Sequence record: SRR31156797_4892
Reading direction: 5' to 3' (one strand)
DNA: 41,302 nucleotides
Below, in pieces: positions 9,186 through 18,884 of the stretch. The position numbers and the translations under genes were made by a program. The notes beneath the pieces are model-generated. The model saw only the letters and a program-made list of their open reading frames with translations. It was not told the origin of the DNA and searched no databases. Every line of letters begins with the position of its first letter. Position 1 is the first letter of the stretch.

Positions 9186-9905
9186 CTACCGTATTCTAAT
9201 AGCAATTTGTATATGATCATGTGTTGCAGCAATGACTTCATAGTTACACATATATGAAACGCAGTAATCTTCTAGCGCTCTAAACTCATGCATTGCACTA
9301 TAAAACTCATCAAAAATAATGATGGTGCCAGGGATTATAATATCTGATGAGCGTGTCAACACATACAAAGTTGAAGAATATAAATCAGAATCATTGTGAA
9401 TGACTAATTGGCGCGTTGAGTTATAGTTTTCAAGGAATCTTGGCAGTGTATCTTGAAACAGCCCTTTAACAAAAGATACGCGAGTATCATTAGACTGTGG
9501 TGACTGTCCACCAGCATCAAATGTTTTACTCTTAACCTTTCTGGTCAATTCTATCCAATCTTCTGGTAAACCGGTGAAGGTATCGAATCCAACAAATCGT
9601 GAGTCGGGATGAGTATTAAGGTTTGCGAAATATTCAATACTCCTGCCTTTATAGACCCCAAACTCTAAATAATGAATTGCCTCGTTGCAAATGATGTCAC
9701 TATTTAGATAGTCATACATTCGTAGCCTTGTATCGAACAGAGGGTAATCGCCAGAATGATGCTTCCGCCATGTATCTAATTTTGGCCTATAGGCTAATGA
9801 CCTAACCCGTTCAGAATCGGGCAGCATTTTCAATATAATCTTCTTTGTCACGTGTCTTATTATTTGTTTCAAGATGCATTTTCCTTTGTGTCTAAAGGAA
9901 AGCAA
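9186..9905 (-). CDS. TylF/MycF/NovP-family SAM-dependent O-methyltransferase
   Basis: 'YLEFGVYKG', 'GFDTFTGLP', 'IHNDSDLYSST', 'IIFDEF'. Start codon (TTG) uncertain. Confidence 0.83.
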   Translation of the reverse strand: MLSFRHKGKCILKQIIRHVTKKIILKMLPDSERVRSLAYRPKLDTWRKHHSGDYPLFDTRLRMYDYLNSDIICNEAIHYLEFGVYKGRSIEYFANLNTHPDSRFVGFDTFTGLPEDWIELTRKVKSKTFDAGGQSPQSNDTRVSFVKGLFQDTLPRFLENYNSTRQLVIHNDSDLYSSTLYVLTRSSDIIIPGTIIIFDEFYSAMHEFRALEDYCVSYMCNYEVIAATHDHIQIAIRIR

Positions 9906-10011
9906 TGGTCACGCCGAACGGTATTGTGTGCTTTTTTTTTGAAACGACAGAACATTTAAATGGGATACCTTTTTTAATTTCAGCATGTTGCAATTTCCAG
10001 AACCAGGTTTA

Positions 10012-11874
10012 TCAGGTTGTCAGAAATCGCGAATGCTCATCCATGGATATCGTCACGGTTGCCGTATCCTCCAGGCCCACGTAACTCGTCATTTCAATCC
10101 GATACAAGGACGTCCCACCTTCTTCAGAAAAAAATTCAAAGCCCATGTCTTCGATAACACGCATGGCCGGGATGTTCTTTCCAGTATTCCTATAAACGAG
10201 CCAAAGGGTGTTTTTTCCCTGTTTGCTGTAGATTTGCATCATATTTTTGAAAAACATCTGTTCAACGCGTTTGCCCAAAACTCGACATGAGATCGCCAGT
10301 TCTTTCACAGTGACTTCGCTATCCCCCTTCTCAATGATACAGAACCCAACTGTGCCATAGTCCCCGAAATCATCTTTGCACGAAACAAGAAGGCAATCAA
10401 GCTCAGGGGAATGAACCAGCTTTGTGAGGTCCTCTCTCCTGTATCGGTTACCTGTAAAATTCAGCTGGTTGGTTCTCTGTATAAGTTCGTGAAGCCGCTC
10501 CAGATCTTCTTCGCGCGGGTATCGTGCCTCAATCGTCATATGACAGCTTAGAAGAAAGTCCTCGTAACTACCTGAAAACGAATCATGAACATGTCGCCGA
10601 TTTTCTTCTGCTTTGTAAAAATATCGTCTTTTTGAGGAGTCGGAGGATGTTGATCCGCTAAAACGCGGGTTATTTGCAATTGACGCCATATCTTGCGAGT
10701 TAATTGTTGTTACTTCTGGAAGTTGAGTTTTGACCTCTTTCAGCTCAAACTCGGAATCATCAATGAAAGCAATCGTATCCATTCCGATGTTAAGTTTTTG
10801 AACGATCTTTGCGATACTCTCACTTTTTGGGCGCCAGCTGATTTGAGGATATAGAAAGTATTCGTAGATACCAAGCTGTTTCAGCATGGCCATCGCGTCT
10901 TCAAAATTATTTTTTGATGCTATGGCATGGACAATGCCGCGTTTATCAAGAGTCTTCAGTAAATTGGTTACACCCTTATTTAGCTCAACACCTTCCGGAT
11001 GTTCCAAAAGAATACCGTTCCAGATGGTATTGTCCAAGTCCCAGACCAAACACTTTATTTTAGGAAGTGCATTTTCATTTTTCGCTGCTTGTAGCTGAAG
11101 ATGCATCCTTTCCCGAAAGACAACGAAATCAGCAGCTGCAAAGAAAAGGACGGGCTCTTTTTTGCCTTGAAAAGACATATAGGCGCGAATATGGCCTTTG
11201 GGATCCAGATAACCTGATATTTCAGCGAACGGCAACACATATTCATTGACGCCGGGTTTTAAAAGCAATCGCTTTTGAAAAAGAATAGAATCTCGTTTTC
11301 TTGGGAAATTGGTAAATTTGAGCGAAAGATGAACCTGGCTTTCAGACCCATTATACACCTGAAGCAGAAAAGCATCAGGCGTCCTGTTTGGAAGGTTGTG
11401 CATAGCATCCAGCAAAATCGCTCTGAGTGCACCAAACCCCCGGAGAAGCTTCTTCTTGGGTGAAATCGAAGAGAAAATAGAACTGGCTATTTTAAATAGA
11501 TGAGCCGCTGCATAGTTTCCCGCTTCAATAAATCTCAGCGCAGCAAAAGAAATTTGGGACAAATTTATTATTGCATCCAGGGTAGCCCACTCTTTGGCAA
11601 CCAGCAGGGCTGAGTACGGGCGAATGCTTGAAAAGCAAGGGGTTTTCTTAATACCAAATTTGAGTGTTCTACAGTGAAGATCAAAGCGGGATTCATACAG
11701 GTCGCAGGTATTATAACAGGCGGGATAAGAACATTCGGAGCAGTGTTCAGTCCAGAGGACAAATGAAGCCGCACGAATTCTTCTTGTTTTGAAATTTTCC
11801 AAAGGGCCCGGTACAATTTTTGAGGCTGGGGACCTCTGATACTGCACTTTGTCATATTGTTCGAATTCCCACAT
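10012..11874 (-). CDS. FkbH-like HAD-IIIC protein with an N-terminal Cys-cluster domain
   Basis: 'WDLDNTIWNG', 'ASKN', 'AFIDDSEFE', 'RTNQLN', 'ISCRVLGKRVE'. N-terminal 'HCSECSYPACYNTCD...HC'. Start moved from 11943 to ATG 11874 (AAGGGG RBS). Confidence 0.85.
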   Translation of the reverse strand: MWEFEQYDKVQYQRSPASKIVPGPLENFKTRRIRAASFVLWTEHCSECSYPACYNTCDLYESRFDLHCRTLKFGIKKTPCFSSIRPYSALLVAKEWATLDAIINLSQISFAALRFIEAGNYAAAHLFKIASSIFSSISPKKKLLRGFGALRAILLDAMHNLPNRTPDAFLLQVYNGSESQVHLSLKFTNFPRKRDSILFQKRLLLKPGVNEYVLPFAEISGYLDPKGHIRAYMSFQGKKEPVLFFAAADFVVFRERMHLQLQAAKNENALPKIKCLVWDLDNTIWNGILLEHPEGVELNKGVTNLLKTLDKRGIVHAIASKNNFEDAMAMLKQLGIYEYFLYPQISWRPKSESIAKIVQKLNIGMDTIAFIDDSEFELKEVKTQLPEVTTINSQDMASIANNPRFSGSTSSDSSKRRYFYKAEENRRHVHDSFSGSYEDFLLSCHMTIEARYPREEDLERLHELIQRTNQLNFTGNRYRREDLTKLVHSPELDCLLVSCKDDFGDYGTVGFCIIEKGDSEVTVKELAISCRVLGKRVEQMFFKNMMQIYSKQGKNTLWLVYRNTGKNIPAMRVIEDMGFEFFSEEGGTSLYRIEMTSYVGLEDTATVTISMDEHSRFLTT

Positions 11875-12086
11875 TTTAAAACCCCTTACTTCGTTATCCG
11901 TTTGTCCTTTTGATGCCATTGCACAGTTAGTGATAAGCATCACTCACAATGTCATGGCTGCAATTTAAAAAACAAGTGCAAGTAAGCAGCATGATTTCCG
12001 CTAATTTAACCCACAAAATCTTTAAGTTACATTAGGGAAAAGACACAAGGGAAGCTAACCACAAGAATTGCAAAATATATAAACTG

Positions 12087-13283
12087 TTATGGGAACAGAC
12101 CCTTTTCCTCTATGACACCGACATAATGTGACATATATTTTTCAGCGCAATCCTGCCACGAATAATTATCCACAGTCTCTCGGATTGCTATGCGATTCCA
12201 AGAGGTCATTAGACAAAAAAGCAACTGGTCGCACAAACTGACCGGATCACCAGCTTTCGCGATTCTTCCATTTCGTTCACTTATGATTTCAGGAATTCCG
12301 CCGACATCGGAAGCAACTACCGGGATGCCACAAGCTAAGGCTTCAATGACAACGTTGGGATATCCCTCCCTTAAACTTGGCAAACAGAAGACGTCTGTTG
12401 CATTCATCCAATATGGAATGTGCTCATAAGGTTCTTCTCCCAAAAAAAATACAGTCTCAGCAACCCCTAGTGAATTTGCTTGAAAAAAAAGGTTCTTTTT
12501 TAACGGCCCATGGCCAATAATATAAAGAAGTGGTTGAATTGTCGTTCTATCTCTTATAATTTTCAAAGCATCAATCAAAAAATTTATACCTTTCACTTCG
12601 TCCAAACTGCAAACGGTCAAAAAGACAGGCTTTCCATCGGGTATACCCAATCCTGTCCTTACTTTTTTCTTTTCCATGATCCGGAAAAGACCTAAATCCA
12701 CCCCGTTTGGGATCACCGTGACTTTTTCATTTGGGATATCCATCTCAGCAATCATTTTTTTCAGAGCGCTACTTTTGGTGGTAATTTCATCTGCTTGCCT
12801 TAGTACGCTGGATATTTGAAGTTTGCGCAACATCATGGTTGAATAAAGATTTATATCACACCCCAGAGCTGTAAGCACAACTGGTTTCTTAAGTATTTTC
12901 CCAACCCACGTTGCCGCAACACCATCAGGAAAAATCCACTGAGCATTGATCAGATCAAAATGTTGCCGCCTCTCAAGTCTTTTAATTAGTCGAAAAAGAG
13001 CGGGAAACATAAATATACCATGCATAAAACCCAAAATTTTTGGGATTACAAGGTATCTCGGGTGATAGACTTGTATCTCTTCTATTTTTTCTTTCACAGG
13101 AACAAGGGCGTGAGGATACTTTGAGAGGCATTTCTTTTTTAAAAAGGGGGGAACCCATGGTAAAGGTGCTACGACCTCAACATCACATTTTTTCTGTAAT
13201 GCCTTTACAATTTGATAGGTGAATATGCCTCTGGTTTTTTCAGCGTGGTTGGGAAAAGCGTTTGTAATAATCAGTACTTTCAT
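12087..13283 (-). CDS. Glycosyltransferase family 4
   Basis: 'IPNGVD' and 'EGYPNVVIEALACGIPVVASDVGG' (EX7E motif). ATGA overlap with the upstream radical SAM gene. Confidence 0.93.
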   Translation of the reverse strand: MKVLIITNAFPNHAEKTRGIFTYQIVKALQKKCDVEVVAPLPWVPPFLKKKCLSKYPHALVPVKEKIEEIQVYHPRYLVIPKILGFMHGIFMFPALFRLIKRLERRQHFDLINAQWIFPDGVAATWVGKILKKPVVLTALGCDINLYSTMMLRKLQISSVLRQADEITTKSSALKKMIAEMDIPNEKVTVIPNGVDLGLFRIMEKKKVRTGLGIPDGKPVFLTVCSLDEVKGINFLIDALKIIRDRTTIQPLLYIIGHGPLKKNLFFQANSLGVAETVFFLGEEPYEHIPYWMNATDVFCLPSLREGYPNVVIEALACGIPVVASDVGGIPEIISERNGRIAKAGDPVSLCDQLLFCLMTSWNRIAIRETVDNYSWQDCAEKYMSHYVGVIEEKGLFP

Positions 13284-14419
13284 ATCTCCTGTTCATCCAA
13301 AACAGATACAACCATTTCAGGTTCAAAAGTCAGGCCGGTGGTAAGGTTACAGCCGTGGATGCAACAGCACCTGCTAATGAGTTTGCGCATTGTCGCGGCA
13401 TCACGGGACTTCCACAATCTCGCAAAATCATAGCCAAATTCACGAATATTTGAAAAGGGCTTTGATAATTCACAGAATGACACATGGCCATCCGAATACA
13501 AAACCGATTCCATTCTTGCTGCATAGCATGGAATATCGCATTTGTGCTTTTCCAGCATCTGGATGGACAATTCCCATATTTTCTGTTGACGGGCGGGCCA
13601 GAAATGAAACTTGCTGCTGTTACTCATCTCCTTTAACAAGGAATATGCACCTTTGATCTCGGCCAAGGAAAGGAACGGGTTGCTTTCATCCTTAGGGTCA
13701 AAACCGCTACATGCATTGGCAGGTAAGTCAAAAACCCCGAATTCCCCTCCTCTGACAATATTAAAGCGCAGGGGAATCTTTAGTGGCAAAAGAGACTCGA
13801 CGAACTCATTTAGCTCGGACAGATTACGTTTTTGAACGGTCAAGGCTGTTTTCAGTTGAAAACCCGGATAATTCGTCCCAATCTTTTTCAATTCCTTTAT
13901 TGTTAATATGGCTTTTTTAAAAGAGCCCTTTACACCCCTTATTGCATCATGGGTTCCTTCCAAGCCATCCAAAGAGACCTGAACACTCAGGCTGTCCAAA
14001 AAACCGCTCTCAAGGATTTCAAGAACAGTTTCAACCGTACGTTCGACAAGGGTGCCATTCGTAGTTATTCCAATTTCTCGTGTTCCACAGCCCCTATTAA
14101 AAATTCTGGCGATCTCGGCCAGATTATCCCTTAGGAATGGCTCTCCGCCGGTCAAAGAAAGCCAAACGGGATGTTTGAACGAGGATGCTACTTTTTCAAT
14201 CTCCCCTATGGATAGTTCATTCTCTCCACTGTTCAATTCCTGCCAGTAAAAACAATGGCTACACCGTAAGTTACATCGGGAGGTAATAAAAAAAACCAAG
14301 GCCACCGGCGTTTCCAGATCCTGAATCCTTTTTTTCTTGCGATTACAATAGGCTTTAGCCAGCGGAAGTTTAAGAAAATGAGGAAGGATCGAGAAAATTT
14401 GCTTCTTCCTATCAATCAT
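13280..14419 (-). CDS. Radical SAM enzyme with a C-terminal SPASM/twitch-like Cys domain
   Basis: 'CNLRCSHC', 'LTGGEPFLR', 'TNG', 'VSLDG...HD.IRG', and C-terminal 'PCYA...DGHVSFCE...CCCIHGC'. ATG 14419 (AAGGGG RBS) preferred over 14473. Confidence 0.88.
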   Translation of the reverse strand: MIDRKKQIFSILPHFLKLPLAKAYCNRKKKRIQDLETPVALVFFITSRCNLRCSHCFYWQELNSGENELSIGEIEKVASSFKHPVWLSLTGGEPFLRDNLAEIARIFNRGCGTREIGITTNGTLVERTVETVLEILESGFLDSLSVQVSLDGLEGTHDAIRGVKGSFKKAILTIKELKKIGTNYPGFQLKTALTVQKRNLSELNEFVESLLPLKIPLRFNIVRGGEFGVFDLPANACSGFDPKDESNPFLSLAEIKGAYSLLKEMSNSSKFHFWPARQQKIWELSIQMLEKHKCDIPCYAARMESVLYSDGHVSFCELSKPFSNIREFGYDFARLWKSRDAATMRKLISRCCCIHGCNLTTGLTFEPEMVVSVLDEQEI

Positions 14420-14576
14420 TCCATAAACCCCTTTGGCCATGCACCCTTTTGGAGGTGGCACGATGCCTTCCATGGAGGATTTTCACGAAATGTGAAATAA
14501 TGGAATTCTCCATCATCCTTTCCTTTGAGCAAGTGGTAATATATTTGCCCCGATGTTTAAAAATAAGGCAATCCAT
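14412..14576 (-). CDS. Possible 54-aa small protein (below the ORF-track cutoff): MDCLIFKHRGKYITTCSKERMMENSIISHFVKILHGRHRATSKRVHGQRGLWND
   Basis: AGGAG lies 6 nt upstream of ATG 14576. The TGA stop overlaps the radical SAM start (ATGATTGA). No recognisable domain. Confidence 0.3.
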   Translation of the reverse strand: MDCLIFKHRGKYITTCSKERMMENSIISHFVKILHGRHRATSKRVHGQRGLWND

Positions 14577-14700
14577 TTCACTCTCCTGACCACAATATGT
14601 AGTATCCGGCCTGCGTGAGATGAAGCGACATCCCGTCGGAGGTGAGCAGAGTGTTGTTTAAAAAACAGTTTGTTTTCAATTTACAGTAACTTGACCCGGA

Positions 14701-15690
14701 TCAATTTTCCGGTTTTGAAACCACATATGCCTCAAAACTGTTTATTGAATTCTTGGTTAAAAAATTCGTTCCCCTTAACCGTTTGAGTTCAGAATATTTT
14801 GCTAAATTAACCATGTATGCCTTCATCAAATAATAACCACCGAGATAATTTTCAGGGACCAATTCCTCATTCCTAATCTTTTTGGCCAGAATTTTTGGCA
14901 CTAAAAAGAAATAGAAAGCCAAGAAGGTGAAAAAATCCATAAGGTAAATAAGCAAGTTTTTCAATAGATTAAAATGCTTCAGATTAAACCGAACGCGGGT
15001 TAGATGATATCTGTAAGTCTCATCAGCATATCTTCCTGTTGTTGAACGTCGGTGGTGAACTCCAACCTTGAAGTCTACAATGTTGGTATATCCTCTTTTC
15101 CGGATAGCATAACCAAAATCCGCGTCTTCACCTCCAAACATATAATAGGGATCAAACCCACCCACCTCAAACGCCACCTCCTTTCGCACCATGCAGTTGC
15201 ATGTAGCAAGGTAGGTGCATTCTTTCAGCTGATTCTCTCCCTTTTGATCCTTGTTTGAAATAACGTCATGATTTTTGCCGAAGAAGTCTCGATTTTTGCC
15301 GATGGCTCCATCCATGATGTTCCGATACACGGGAATTTCACCACCAATTTCCCCAAAGTCTTTATTGCGGGACAAAGTTTCGACCATCCGCCGTACAATA
15401 TCCTGTCTTGGAAGGATTACATCGCTGTCCAGGAAAAGGACAAATGATCCTTTTGCTTCCCTCAAACCCAGATTTCGAAGATGGGATGGCCCGTAGCGAC
15501 AAACACACGAGATTAAACGGACATTATGATAATTAAGATTGAGAAATTTCCTGGTATCATCTTCACTGCAATCATCGACAATTATGATCTCAATTGATAC
15601 CGAAGTTTGTGACAGCACGGAATCGATACATTGACAAAGTTCATGCCTTCTATTGTATGACGGGATGATAATGGAAACCAGCTCTGGCAT
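14701..15690 (-). CDS. Glycosyltransferase family 2
   Basis: 'VSIIIPSYNR', 'IVDDCSED', 'FLDSD', 'GGFD...GEDADFG'. Start placed at ATG 15690. Confidence 0.9.
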   Translation of the reverse strand: MPELVSIIIPSYNRRHELCQCIDSVLSQTSVSIEIIIVDDCSEDDTRKFLNLNYHNVRLISCVCRYGPSHLRNLGLREAKGSFVLFLDSDVILPRQDIVRRMVETLSRNKDFGEIGGEIPVYRNIMDGAIGKNRDFFGKNHDVISNKDQKGENQLKECTYLATCNCMVRKEVAFEVGGFDPYYMFGGEDADFGYAIRKRGYTNIVDFKVGVHHRRSTTGRYADETYRYHLTRVRFNLKHFNLLKNLLIYLMDFFTFLAFYFFLVPKILAKKIRNEELVPENYLGGYYLMKAYMVNLAKYSELKRLRGTNFLTKNSINSFEAYVVSKPEN

Positions 15691-15853
15691 AAGCTTACCT
15701 TTACACCATGCTATCAATTCTGTACGAAGGAGACAGCCTGAATTTCCGTTCTCGTGACAGTTCCCGGTGGTATGGAATTGGTGAAGGCGTCATTGCCGGT
15801 TTCCCCTCGATTAATTGATATGGTGCCCTTCGGGATATTTTTTGACGAGGACT

Positions 15854-17266
15854 TTAGACTCCCTTGATATATCGGCCAAAAAGACTCAGGTACAGACGGT
15901 ATGCTGAACTCATCAGGAAATGGCCTGTTCTCGGCAGCTTTATATCCGATCTTGTAAGGAGATATTCTAAGGAAGAGGCGTAAATAGAACCATTCAGAAC
16001 TTTCAAAAGACTCTTTTTGCCACTCGTTAACCACACTCTATTATTTCTCCATTTTAAAAAATCGCCCCATTCTTCAAGTGATTCGATTTTCTTCAGCCCA
16101 AAGCGAGTTGTACATTCCTTATACAAAATTGAGCCTGGAAACGCCGTGTAAAGCTGAATATGAAAAATAGCTTTTGGGCACAGTTTACGTACTTTAGCCA
16201 CCATCATTAAAGTCGCGAATATATCGGCAGTTGTCTCAAATGGAAAACCGACAATAAAGCAAGCTTCTGGAACAATGTCATATTCATGGCAAATCTGCGC
16301 ACATTTCAAGATGTCTTCCACCTTTATACGTTTGTTGATCCTTTCAAGTATACGCTGCGAACCAGATTCAAAACCGAAAGTAAGATAGTGGCAACCGCTT
16401 CTTTTCATCATCTTAAGAGTAGATGAGGGTAATCGCCAAAAATTATTTGCCCGCGCCGATGCAATCCAATTAATATGGAGTTTTCGGTCGATCAGCCCTT
16501 GACAAAATTCATCCACCCTTGATCCCTTAGAAACAAAGAACGGCTCATAAAGATTAACTGAATGAATTCCGTACTTCTTGACAGCCTCCTCTATGTTATC
16601 AAGGATGTAGGTGGGGCTAAATACTCTGAAGAACTCGGCTTTATCAATTTTATGCGAACAAAATGTGCAAGAATACGGACACCCGCGGCCTGTTTGGACT
16701 GAAAGGACTTTTTCCTTACGCTCAATATTGTATTTTTCCAGATCAAAAAGTCCCCAGGGAATCATTGGGAGACTATTGAGATCCCGAATAACATTTCTCC
16801 TGTGGGTAGATATTATTCTATTATCCTCTTTAAACGAAATCCCCTTGACATTCTTCAGGGAACTGTTTTCGGCTAGAGCCTTTGCAATTTCAACCGCGGT
16901 AAAATCTCCTTCACCATGAACAACAATGTCGACTCTATTATCATTAAGAGTTTGAACAGGAAGAGCACTTGCGTGTCGTCCGCCCCAAACGATAGGGGTA
17001 TCCGGAGAACGTTTTCTTATATAATCGCACATATCCAGGCCGAACTGTATTTGGCTCCCTGTCATGGCGGAAACACCAACGTATATGGTGTCTGAAAGGT
17101 TTTTCGAAATGGTTTCCCGGTAGTTTTCCTCTGTTGCCTGATCGATAATAATCGGTTTAAATCCAGCTTCATATAGCGTTGCCGCGAGCATTAGCGGCGC
17201 AAGAGGAATACCCCCGTATTCACGATCAAAAACCCTTGGGTGCAACAGAAGCACCTTCTTTCGCAT
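15854..17266 (-). CDS. Cobalamin-binding (class B) radical SAM enzyme, probable methyltransferase
   Basis: N-terminal B12-binding Rossmann domain ('VGVSAMTG', 'VWGGRHAS', 'VHGEGD'), 'GRGCPYSCTFC', 'GFESGSQRIL', 'FIVGFPFET'. ATG 17266 has a GGAGG RBS. Confidence 0.9.
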   Translation of the reverse strand: MRKKVLLLHPRVFDREYGGIPLAPLMLAATLYEAGFKPIIIDQATEENYRETISKNLSDTIYVGVSAMTGSQIQFGLDMCDYIRKRSPDTPIVWGGRHASALPVQTLNDNRVDIVVHGEGDFTAVEIAKALAENSSLKNVKGISFKEDNRIISTHRRNVIRDLNSLPMIPWGLFDLEKYNIERKEKVLSVQTGRGCPYSCTFCSHKIDKAEFFRVFSPTYILDNIEEAVKKYGIHSVNLYEPFFVSKGSRVDEFCQGLIDRKLHINWIASARANNFWRLPSSTLKMMKRSGCHYLTFGFESGSQRILERINKRIKVEDILKCAQICHEYDIVPEACFIVGFPFETTADIFATLMMVAKVRKLCPKAIFHIQLYTAFPGSILYKECTTRFGLKKIESLEEWGDFLKWRNNRVWLTSGKKSLLKVLNGSIYASSLEYLLTRSDIKLPRTGHFLMSSAYRLYLSLFGRYIKGV

Positions 17267-17392
17267 CTTGTCCTCCAGTACTATATTCGAATTACCGATT
17301 CGAAGCACTCTTCAGTTCAGCTCAATTGGAAGCCAAAAAAAGCTTTGGAAATTACTCCGGCCGCAAGAATCACCTCAGAACGGCTCCATTTA

Positions 17393-17809
17393 TCAAATTT
17401 CCTCATTTTCCAGCAATTCAAAAAGACCAAAGTCTTTATGGAATACCCATGCAATATTACGACCATCGAAGGCAGCGGCGGGAACAGGGTTGGTGACTTT
17501 GTGAAACCCATGGTTCCGGCATTCCACAAGTGCCCGAGCAATATCGGGCACTCCGTAACATACATGGACAAGTTTCACCCGGTTTTTCAGGTTTCTCCAG
17601 ACCGGAGACGACTTGCCAAGAGGTTCAATGAGCTCAACCTTTAGACCGTTTAGCTTAACAAAAGCGACTTTGACCCGTTGGACAGGGTCCTCAATGCCGA
17701 AGCAGTCGGTGCAGATTTCTGCCACAGATCTCACAACAAGGCCTAAATGATGAAACTGAGCGTCCTTTCCAAAAAAGTCAAATTCTATGGTTGCCATACT
17801 TTTCAGCAT
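17393..17809 (-). CDS. VOC-superfamily protein (methylmalonyl-CoA epimerase/glyoxalase-like)
   Basis: 'FHHLGLVV', 'DPVQRVKVAFV', 'VELIEP', 'HVCYGVPDI', 'LFELLE' give the His/Glu metal ligands of the VOC fold. ATG 17809 has an AGGAG RBS. Confidence 0.85.
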   Translation of the reverse strand: MLKSMATIEFDFFGKDAQFHHLGLVVRSVAEICTDCFGIEDPVQRVKVAFVKLNGLKVELIEPLGKSSPVWRNLKNRVKLVHVCYGVPDIARALVECRNHGFHKVTNPVPAAAFDGRNIAWVFHKDFGLFELLENEEI

Positions 17810-17822
17810 TCGGCAAAGGCTC

Positions 17823-18884
17823 CTATGGGTGATGAACAGTACATTGGAAAGGCAGGGTATCCTCGTCTTGATCAAGAAATGGCCTTCTTAATCCGTTATC
17901 CGTCCAATCAAAATTGATCAGCCAATTGGATGTGTCAGGGGCTATCTCAATTATCTTCTTTAAACTCCCCATAGCAAAGAGACGTTCCGAGCTTTCAGCA
18001 CGAAACCCAAATGATTCGAAAATTTCTTGCATCCTTCGATGAGATGATGTCATGAAAATTTCTCTCGATTTTTTATCCCTATAAGAAACTTGAGCTAAAC
18101 TTAGCAATATACCGTATGCCAAGATCTCGGGATCTTCCCCATCGCATTGGGCTAACAAAATGCGTTCCGGTGATTCATTTAGAACAACATATCCTGATGT
18201 GGAGTCTCCTATGAGTATCCTAAAAACCCGATAACGTACAAATGGTAACTTTGTATTGTACCTCCAGTTTAGGTAGTCTACTGTCGGTGCAAGCCGGAAG
18301 GCAAATGGTGAAGTCTTAGGGACAAGCCCCTTGCTGAAAACCTCCTCCTCCCGGACACTGAGTTTATCCACATTGGATTTCCTAATTCTCGTTGAATACC
18401 TGGACAACTTCTTCCGCCTTACGCGGCGAAGGACCTTTTTCGCAATGACCCGCCATATAGCTTCGCCCGGGTAAGGCAAATAGCTTTTATTCAACAAATA
18501 GATTTTGACCCCGTTAAAATATGTCCATCTTTGTTTCTGAATGATTCGATGGGCTTCTTTCGTGCCTCCAAAATTAAGGCAAAATGGGGCGGTTTTTATC
18601 CAATGCAAAAAAAGAAGCCCACCGATTCCGGGATTGAACGAATGAAAATTGTTGGCAAGTCCGATTATCATCTCCTTGGATTGCCACTCGAAACGCATAG
18701 TCTCAACCCCAATTGTTCCCAAGACCTTTTGGCCTTCCATCATGAGGTATAATCTTGACCAAGCACTAGTGGCATAGTAATAATTAACGAAAGATCGATG
18801 AGTCAAGCTAAGCTTAGAGTTCTTTTCCTTTACCGTCCTTTTCAAGGACTCGAATAACTCGGGTGTGTATGTGACGATTTTCAT
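17823..18884 (-). CDS. GNAT-like (tandem-fold) putative acyltransferase
   Basis: 'VLGTIG', degenerate motif A 'NPGIGGLL', 'YLNWRY', and position directly after the ACP gene. Start at 18884 or 18917. Confidence 0.5.
   Translation of the reverse strand: MKIVTYTPELFESLKRTVKEKNSKLSLTHRSFVNYYYATSAWSRLYLMMEGQKVLGTIGVETMRFEWQSKEMIIGLANNFHSFNPGIGGLLFLHWIKTAPFCLNFGGTKEAHRIIQKQRWTYFNGVKIYLLNKSYLPYPGEAIWRVIAKKVLRRVRRKKLSRYSTRIRKSNVDKLSVREEEVFSKGLVPKTSPFAFRLAPTVDYLNWRYNTKLPFVRYRVFRILIGDSTSGYVVLNESPERILLAQCDGEDPEILAYGILLSLAQVSYRDKKSREIFMTSSHRRMQEIFESFGFRAESSERLFAMGSLKKIIEIAPDTSNWLINFDWTDNGLRRPFLDQDEDTLPFQCTVHHP

Noticed and set aside
15753-15806. Minus-strand 'GGGGAAACCGG...CCGGGAACTGTCAC' resembling part of a cobalamin riboswitch near the B12 radical SAM
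   Set aside because: It lacks the GGTG-AA-TCC T-loop, the CCCGCAACTGT core and the B12 box, and it lies downstream of the B12 gene.
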